A stretch of 38,201 bases of DNA. Origin: an uncultured Gammaproteobacteria bacterium. GTDB taxonomy: Bacteria > Patescibacteriota > Patescibacteriia > UBA9934 > GWF2-40-263. The stretch lies in assembly GCA_964360375.1 (NCBI GenBank), contig CAYHWG010000001.1:1-38201 (forward strand), read 5' to 3'. Each line of letters opens with the position of its first letter. The first letter of the stretch is position 1. The notes under the pieces are model-generated. The model saw only the letters and a list, made by a program, of their open reading frames with translations, did not search any database and was not told where the DNA came from. A program made the position numbers and the translations under genes. Of the stretch, positions 33,773 through 38,201 are shown one piece after another.

Positions 33773-34072
33773 GTGGGAACTCCTGACGCAGAGACTTGCT
33801 CTGCAAAAAGACACACTTGAGAGGCCTACCTTCCACGCCAATGCGGGGTCAGCTCAGCTTCGCAGATTCCACCCCACCTACATGGCGGGACGATCTCTGG
33901 AAAGCGGACGATGATTAACCAGAAGGGTTAAACTTCGTCCAGGTTGTTGGATGAGTAGGTTCGAGGATCTGCTTCCTCGCGGCTCCAGTGTGTTGCCTTT
34001 TTTTACGGCGGCATGCCCTGGATACTTTCCGTCGTCTCTTTTGAGATCATTGAATTTTTTTGCGCTTGTCCT

Positions 34073-34204
34073 CTACCGCGCGAAGAAGCCGCCGAAGATG
34101 ACGAAGGCGCCGAGGGTGCCGAACGTCAATGGGGCCGGGATCTTTTCGCACAGAGCGAGAAAGCGATCGAAGGGATTGGCTGCCCAGTCGTGGATGTTGT
34201 GCAT
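34073..34204 (-). CDS. 43-aa peptide with one C-terminal TM helix
   Basis: MHNIHDWAANPFDRFLALCEKIPAPLTFGTLGAFVIFGGFFAR*. AAGGAG lies 6 nt before ATG 34204. Confidence 0.45.
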   Translation of the reverse strand: MHNIHDWAANPFDRFLALCEKIPAPLTFGTLGAFVIFGGFFAR

Positions 34205-34287
34205 TTGGAACTCCTTGGTCGTAAAATTGTGAGGTACGGTTGTCGAACATTCGACTTCCGTTTCTATGTGTCTTACCCTTTTTCGAC

Positions 34288-34461
34288 TCACAAATCCGGA
34301 GGTAGGCGATTCAGTGACCGTCCCGAAGGACTGGTGTGAATCATGAGTATCGTGCGTATGGAATGAGTAAGCAATCGCCCAGTCAACCCATTTGATACTC
34401 ACCGCTCTCATTCGCCGAAGCGTTTTGAAAGACGGTTTATCTCTCTCCTCCAGGTTTGTGG
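34288..34461 (-). ncRNA. Pseudoknotted structured RNA motif, copy 2 (174 nt)
   Basis: See copy 1. UUCG tetraloops in minus sense. Confidence 0.6.
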
Positions 34462-34779
34462 TTCAAAAAAACGCCGATGGTTGAACATATGGTCTGTCTG
34501 CCATTTAGGCAGGAGAGATACGTTAAACAATCGACGTTTAAAATCGGCACTGTGAATACAGTGTAGATTTTAACCCCGCCAAAGGCGGTAGTTGTCGGCT
34601 GTCCCGTATGGGCCATGACAGTAATGGTCTCTCCCCGTTAAGTTGTAAGGTGAAAGAAGTAAGAAGGAGAGAAGGAAAGAATGATTGAAGTTGGAAGATT
34701 AAGCATCTGCTTTTTCTTCTTTTCTTCTCTCCTTCATTTCTTCTTTATTCTTCTGACCTCTTCTCATCTTCGTGGATAT

Positions 34780-34808
34780 ACAATACCACTTTTTGTCAGT
34801 TTTGTCAA
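34780..34808 (-). promoter_or_regulatory. Strong consensus-like promoter reading leftwards into island 2
   Basis: Minus sense TTGACA (complement of 34803-34808), 17 nt, TATTGT (complement of 34780-34785). Confidence 0.55.
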
Positions 34809-34869
34809 GACCCACATCAATCAAATAATAGAAATAATGCTAAAATTAGATAAAACAGTATGTCAGAAA

Positions 34870-35038
34870 GTTCTGAAATAAAACGTTCAGTTGTGTCATT
34901 GCGAGCCTTGCCTGCCGGCAGGCAGGGAGTTCGACGACGAAGTAATCCTTGTATTTTCGGAGAAAAGATTGCTTCGCCTGCCTGCCGGCAGGCAGGCTTC
35001 GCTCGCAATGACACAATTTGGAGTTTTTCAACAGTCTC
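34870..35038. repeat. gtcattgcgag element with two nested cctgcctgccggcaggcagg palindromes (right border of island 2)
   Basis: Arms gtgtcattgcgag (34893-) and ctcgcaatgacaca (-35015). Outer arm gagtttttcaacagtctc at 35021-35038. Confidence 0.8.
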
Positions 35039-35066
35039 TAGTATTTGTGCTATAATCCTTGCATCT

Positions 35067-36050
35067 ATGCAACCATCCGTTTTCCAATCGATTATTGGGC
35101 ATACAAACGCCCAAACGGTTTTGTGTCGCATGGCGAACGAGAATAAATTGCCACATGCTCTCTTGTTTGTCGGGGCACATCACCTTGGAAAAACGCTGAT
35201 GGCGCGTCAGTTAATCAAATTTTTGTTTGGTTATCCATCATCACTTGAGTCCCATCTTGATTTCATCGAACTCGCCCGTCTCATCGATGAAAAAACGGGT
35301 AAAAAAAAATCTAACATCTCTGTTGAGCAAGTGCGCGATATGTGCGAACGCGTTTCGCATAGTTCGCTGCATGGTGGGTGGAAAATTGTTTTTGTCAAAG
35401 AAGCGAATCACCTTTCTATTGCAGCCGCGAACGCTTTTTTAAAAACACTCGAGGAACCAAAAGGGAAGATGTTATTTATCTTACGCACCCCATCGCTTGA
35501 ATCTGTTCCCGCGACCATCGCTTCACGTTCACAGATTATTCGATTTCATTCCGTCGATCGTCAAGCGCTTACAGAGGCGATCGTGAAAAAAGGATTTGCG
35601 CGTCCGGATGCGATTGATGCTGCGGCCTATTCCATTGGACGTCCAGGAAACGCGATGCGTTTTTTAATCAAAAGTGAGGAACGTGCACAATCAGAAATTC
35701 GTGTGACGCAAGCCGTTCAATTGTTTTGTGGTTCGGTCAAAGATCAAATGCGTACCATCGCACAACAATTACCAAAAGAAGATGTGAATAAAAAAAATGC
35801 AGCCGATCAAATTCTCAAAGGATGGGAATGCATTTTGCGCGATGTATTTCTGACAGATGTTGGTTGTCGTGAACTCATAGCGCACACACGTCACAAAGAA
35901 CGTATCGATGAACTACATGCAAACATGAAACAACGTACGATTCTGAATGTGTTACACAAGATTCGTGATGCACGAGACGCATTGCATCACAATACAAATC
36001 CACTTTTAACTCTTGAACATATTTTGTTCACGACTCATTTACACGTATGA
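35067..36050 (+). CDS. holB: DNA polymerase III delta-prime subunit
   Basis: FQSIIGHTNAQTVL...KLPHALLFVGAHHLGKTLMA...FLKTLEEP. Start trimmed to ATG 35067 (upstream codons are repeat sequence). TATAAT at 35051-35056. Confidence 0.75.
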   Translation: MQPSVFQSIIGHTNAQTVLCRMANENKLPHALLFVGAHHLGKTLMARQLIKFLFGYPSSLESHLDFIELARLIDEKTGKKKSNISVEQVRDMCERVSHSSLHGGWKIVFVKEANHLSIAAANAFLKTLEEPKGKMLFILRTPSLESVPATIASRSQIIRFHSVDRQALTEAIVKKGFARPDAIDAAAYSIGRPGNAMRFLIKSEERAQSEIRVTQAVQLFCGSVKDQMRTIAQQLPKEDVNKKNAADQILKGWECILRDVFLTDVGCRELIAHTRHKERIDELHANMKQRTILNVLHKIRDARDALHHNTNPLLTLEHILFTTHLHV

Positions 36051-37096
36051 AAAAACTTTTTCCCATTTTACTCATTTTTGTTCTGCTTGGGGCGGGCTGT
36101 TCTAAAGCGACCACATCTAAAAAAGCGGATGGTGGTGTTTGGAAAACCGCCGATCAAGGAAAAACATGGATCTCTTCTTCTGTGGTCCCAACTGCAAAAG
36201 GGATCGGAACACTCACAACTGCCAATGTGATTACGATGGAAATGGATGCTCAAGACAACAGCATGTTGTATGTCGGAACTCGCGAAGATGGGTTTCTTTA
36301 TTCTGACAATGCAGGCACGTCTTGGCATCAGCCTCGCAATCGAGATCTTGCAACCGGTTTTATCCCGTCCATTCAAGTGAGCGCAAAAGATGTCTGTACG
36401 CTCTATGTCGTAAGAGGACCGCGTTTATATAAGTCCACAGATTGTATGCGATCGTTTAGCAGCGATACCTATGTGGAAAGTCGTCCGAAAGTTGAGATCT
36501 CGTTCGTTGCGCTTGATTGGTTTAATCCAGAGACGGTTTGGCTCGCTCTTTCAAACGGAGATTTGCAAAAATCCATGGACGGTGGAAAAACGTGGAGCAC
36601 ATCTTTGAATGTGAAAGACGTCATGACAAAAATTTTAATCAGTCAAGTGGATAGTCGAGTGATGCTGATTGGAACGCAAAAAACAGGGATACAAAAAACC
36701 GTAGACGGTGGTGAAACATGGCAAAAGATTACGGATACATCACGTGAGAGTTTGCTTGTTGGCGTCAATGATCTTATTCAAACAAAATCTTCCGATACAA
36801 TTTTTGCAGCAACCAAGTACGGGCTTGTTCGTTCAACAGATTTTGGTGATACATGGTCGCCGATTAAACTTGTGACGGCTCCTGGACAAGTGGCTATTCG
36901 AGCGATTGGTGTCGATTGGTTTAATCCATCAAAAATATTTTACGCGACCACCGCAACATTTTATCAATCCTCTGATGCAGGTGTAACGTGGAAAACAGGA
37001 AAGCTTCCGTCTGCACGCGTTCCGCGAGCGATGTTGGTTGACCCAAAACTCAGTTCGGTGATATACCTTGGCGCAGCAAGTGAGGTGAAAAAATAA
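36047..37096 (+). CDS. Lipoprotein with BNR/Asp-box (SxDxGxTW) repeats
   Basis: LLGAGC lipobox. Six repeats: TADQGKTW, SDNAGTSW, SMDGGKTW, TVDGGETW, STDFGDTW, SSDAGVTW. Confidence 0.75.
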   Translation: MKKLFPILLIFVLLGAGCSKATTSKKADGGVWKTADQGKTWISSSVVPTAKGIGTLTTANVITMEMDAQDNSMLYVGTREDGFLYSDNAGTSWHQPRNRDLATGFIPSIQVSAKDVCTLYVVRGPRLYKSTDCMRSFSSDTYVESRPKVEISFVALDWFNPETVWLALSNGDLQKSMDGGKTWSTSLNVKDVMTKILISQVDSRVMLIGTQKTGIQKTVDGGETWQKITDTSRESLLVGVNDLIQTKSSDTIFAATKYGLVRSTDFGDTWSPIKLVTAPGQVAIRAIGVDWFNPSKIFYATTATFYQSSDAGVTWKTGKLPSARVPRAMLVDPKLSSVIYLGAASEVKK

Positions 37097-37124
37097 AGTT
37101 GTCGATTCGCTGATAAAACAAAAT

Positions 37125-37679
37125 ATGCATGCACGATTGATTCAAAACAAGCCGTTGTTTGAAACGGTGATGGAACATTTACAGAAAGAACTCGGAGCGC
37201 TTCGCACGGGTCGCGCAACACCTGCGCTTATTGAGGATGTGCGGGTTCATGCCTACGACGGCATGATGGAACTCAAAGGTCTCGCCTCGATCGGTGTTTC
37301 GGATGCTAAAACATTACTGATCGACCCGTGGGACAAGGCATTGATTCCCGCGATTGAAAAAGCGATCCGTGATTCTGGCACAGGGCTTTCACCCGCAACA
37401 GACGGAGGAAAAATTCGCATCGTATTGCCACCGATGACAGAAGAAAATCGTATCAAGCTTGTGAAACTCATGAAGGAAAAAATAGAAGAGTCACGCATCG
37501 CGATTCGCAGTGTGCGTGAAGAGCTCCGCGAGGAAATTCAAGAAAGCGAAAAAAATAAAGAGATGAGCGAGGACGAGAAATTTAAATTGCTCGACGAACT
37601 CGATAAACTCACCAAAGAATACAACGAAGAGATTGGCACGATGGGGGAGAAGAAAGAACATGAAATCATGACTGTATAA
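37125..37679 (+). CDS. frr: Ribosome recycling factor
   Basis: LRTGRATPALIEDVRVHAYDG...LLIDPWDK...PPMTEENR. Confidence 0.9.
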   Translation: MHARLIQNKPLFETVMEHLQKELGALRTGRATPALIEDVRVHAYDGMMELKGLASIGVSDAKTLLIDPWDKALIPAIEKAIRDSGTGLSPATDGGKIRIVLPPMTEENRIKLVKLMKEKIEESRIAIRSVREELREEIQESEKNKEMSEDEKFKLLDELDKLTKEYNEEIGTMGEKKEHEIMTV

Positions 37680-37812
37680 AACGTTTAAAATTGGCGATCT
37701 GCTCGTGCTTCGAAAAAAAGCCGCTTCATCGTATATGAATACGATTTCAGCATCTTTTTTTCTCCAGCAATTCGCATCTCATCCAATTTAAAACGTTTTA
37801 TGAAATATTTTT

Positions 37813-38201
37813 ATGGAACATTCGAAAATTACCATGGAAAAAATTGTTTCACTCGCAAAAACGCGAGGGTTTGTTTTTCCAGGTTCGGACATTTATGGGG
37901 GACTTGCGAATTCTTGGGATTACGGTCCGCTTGGGGTTGAGTTAAAAAATAACATCAAACAGATTTGGTGGAAGATGTTTGTGCAGGAACGTCTTGATAT
38001 GGTTGGAATTGATGCAGCACTCATCATGAATCCTAAAGTGTGGGAAGCCTCCGGACATGTGGCAACATTTAGTGATCCGCTTGTTGAGTGTAAAAAATGT
38101 CATGAACGGTATCGTGCAGATCAAATCAATCTTGCGGCACCGTGTCAAAAATGTGGTAATTCCGGCGGAGCCGGATCCGGCTTCGCCGGAAAGGGAATGT
38201 T
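37813..38201 (+). CDS. glyQS: Glycine--tRNA ligase (class II, GlyQS type), N-terminal part; runs off the right edge
   Basis: [42 protein letters not shown]...[30 protein letters not shown] 37834 is an alternative start. Confidence 0.85.
   Translation, partial: MEHSKITMEKIVSLAKTRGFVFPGSDIYGGLANSWDYGPLGVELKNNIKQIWWKMFVQERLDMVGIDAALIMNPKVWEASGHVATFSDPLVECKKCHERYRADQINLAAPCQKCGNSGGAGSGFAGKGM
38161..38190. repeat. Second copy of the 30-nt near-palindrome, in frame inside glyQS
   Basis: Identical to 2230-2259. Encodes [10 protein letters not shown] after ...CQKCGN. Confidence 0.85.

Noticed and set aside
32519-33836. 433-aa plus-strand ORF and several 83-212-aa ORFs overlapping the 311-aa gene
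   Set aside because: Arg/Leu/Gly/Asp-dominated composition is typical of antisense or off-frame reading of G+C-rich DNA, and there is no RBS. The minus-strand frame has an AGGAG RBS and protein-like composition.
33940-33975. tRNA-like GGTTCGA T-loop strings (also 16576-16590 and 13499-13510)
   Set aside because: Flanking bases do not form T-arm, acceptor or anticodon stems. No tRNA, rRNA, tmRNA, RNase P or SRP RNA consensus could be recognised anywhere in the window.
34576-34588. The ccgccaaaggcgg hairpin is shared between the rplJ leader (14490-14502) and the island 2 leader
   Set aside because: A 13-nt GC hairpin can recur by chance and the flanks are unrelated. This is not enough to claim an L10-binding mimic in island 2.
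34681-34881. 66-aa plus-strand ORF (MIEVGRLSICFFFFSSLLHFFF...)
   Set aside because: The sequence is the pyrimidine-rich arm of the long hairpin plus the promoter region. The low-complexity Phe/Leu/Ser string is more likely non-coding, although a purine-rich RBS-like tract precedes it.

Overview
This is a low-GC, gene-dense bacterial chromosome segment. It has short genes, an archaeal-type UMP kinase, a short TsaB, MreB with a glycosyltransferase/DUF4012 envelope cluster, and several palindromic repeat families. The overall look suggests a small-genome, CPR/Patescibacteria-like organism, but that is inference only. Housekeeping genes recognised by motif are lexA (partial), metK, a cyclophilin PPIase, xseA/xseB, pyrH, rplJ-rplL with a structured leader, tsaB, mreB, holB, frr and glyQS (partial). 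Two G+C-rich islands interrupt this background. Island 1 (15865-18287), directly after rplL, is the main candidate for a new system. It encodes a 486-aa IS110-like protein (RuvC-like N-terminus plus Tnp/HhH domain, the fold also related to Nop-domain Tas proteins). By-eye alignment suggests the expected DEDD and catalytic Ser positions are substituted. The gene is preceded by a promoter-driven ~760-nt array of covarying hairpins with conserved basal stems and hypervariable interiors. It is followed by one more hairpin of the same class and a terminator. Island 2 (about 31354-34870) is bracketed by two MITE-like repeats. It carries a 311-aa orphan gene of about 63% GC in a hand-counted line. 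That gene is flanked by two copies of a 174-198-nt pseudoknotted RNA motif, each followed by a 43-44-aa single-TM peptide ORF. Other notable items: an identical 30-nt palindrome inserted in frame in both metK and glyQS; a gtcattgcgag-type repeat family with one copy carrying a GIY-YIG nuclease between xseA and xseB; a DUF559 endonuclease gene framed by 45-bp inverted repeats abutting the xseA start; and a lexA promoter overlapped by two GTTC-N7-GTTC boxes. All calls come from hand translation and motif recognition, with no database searches.
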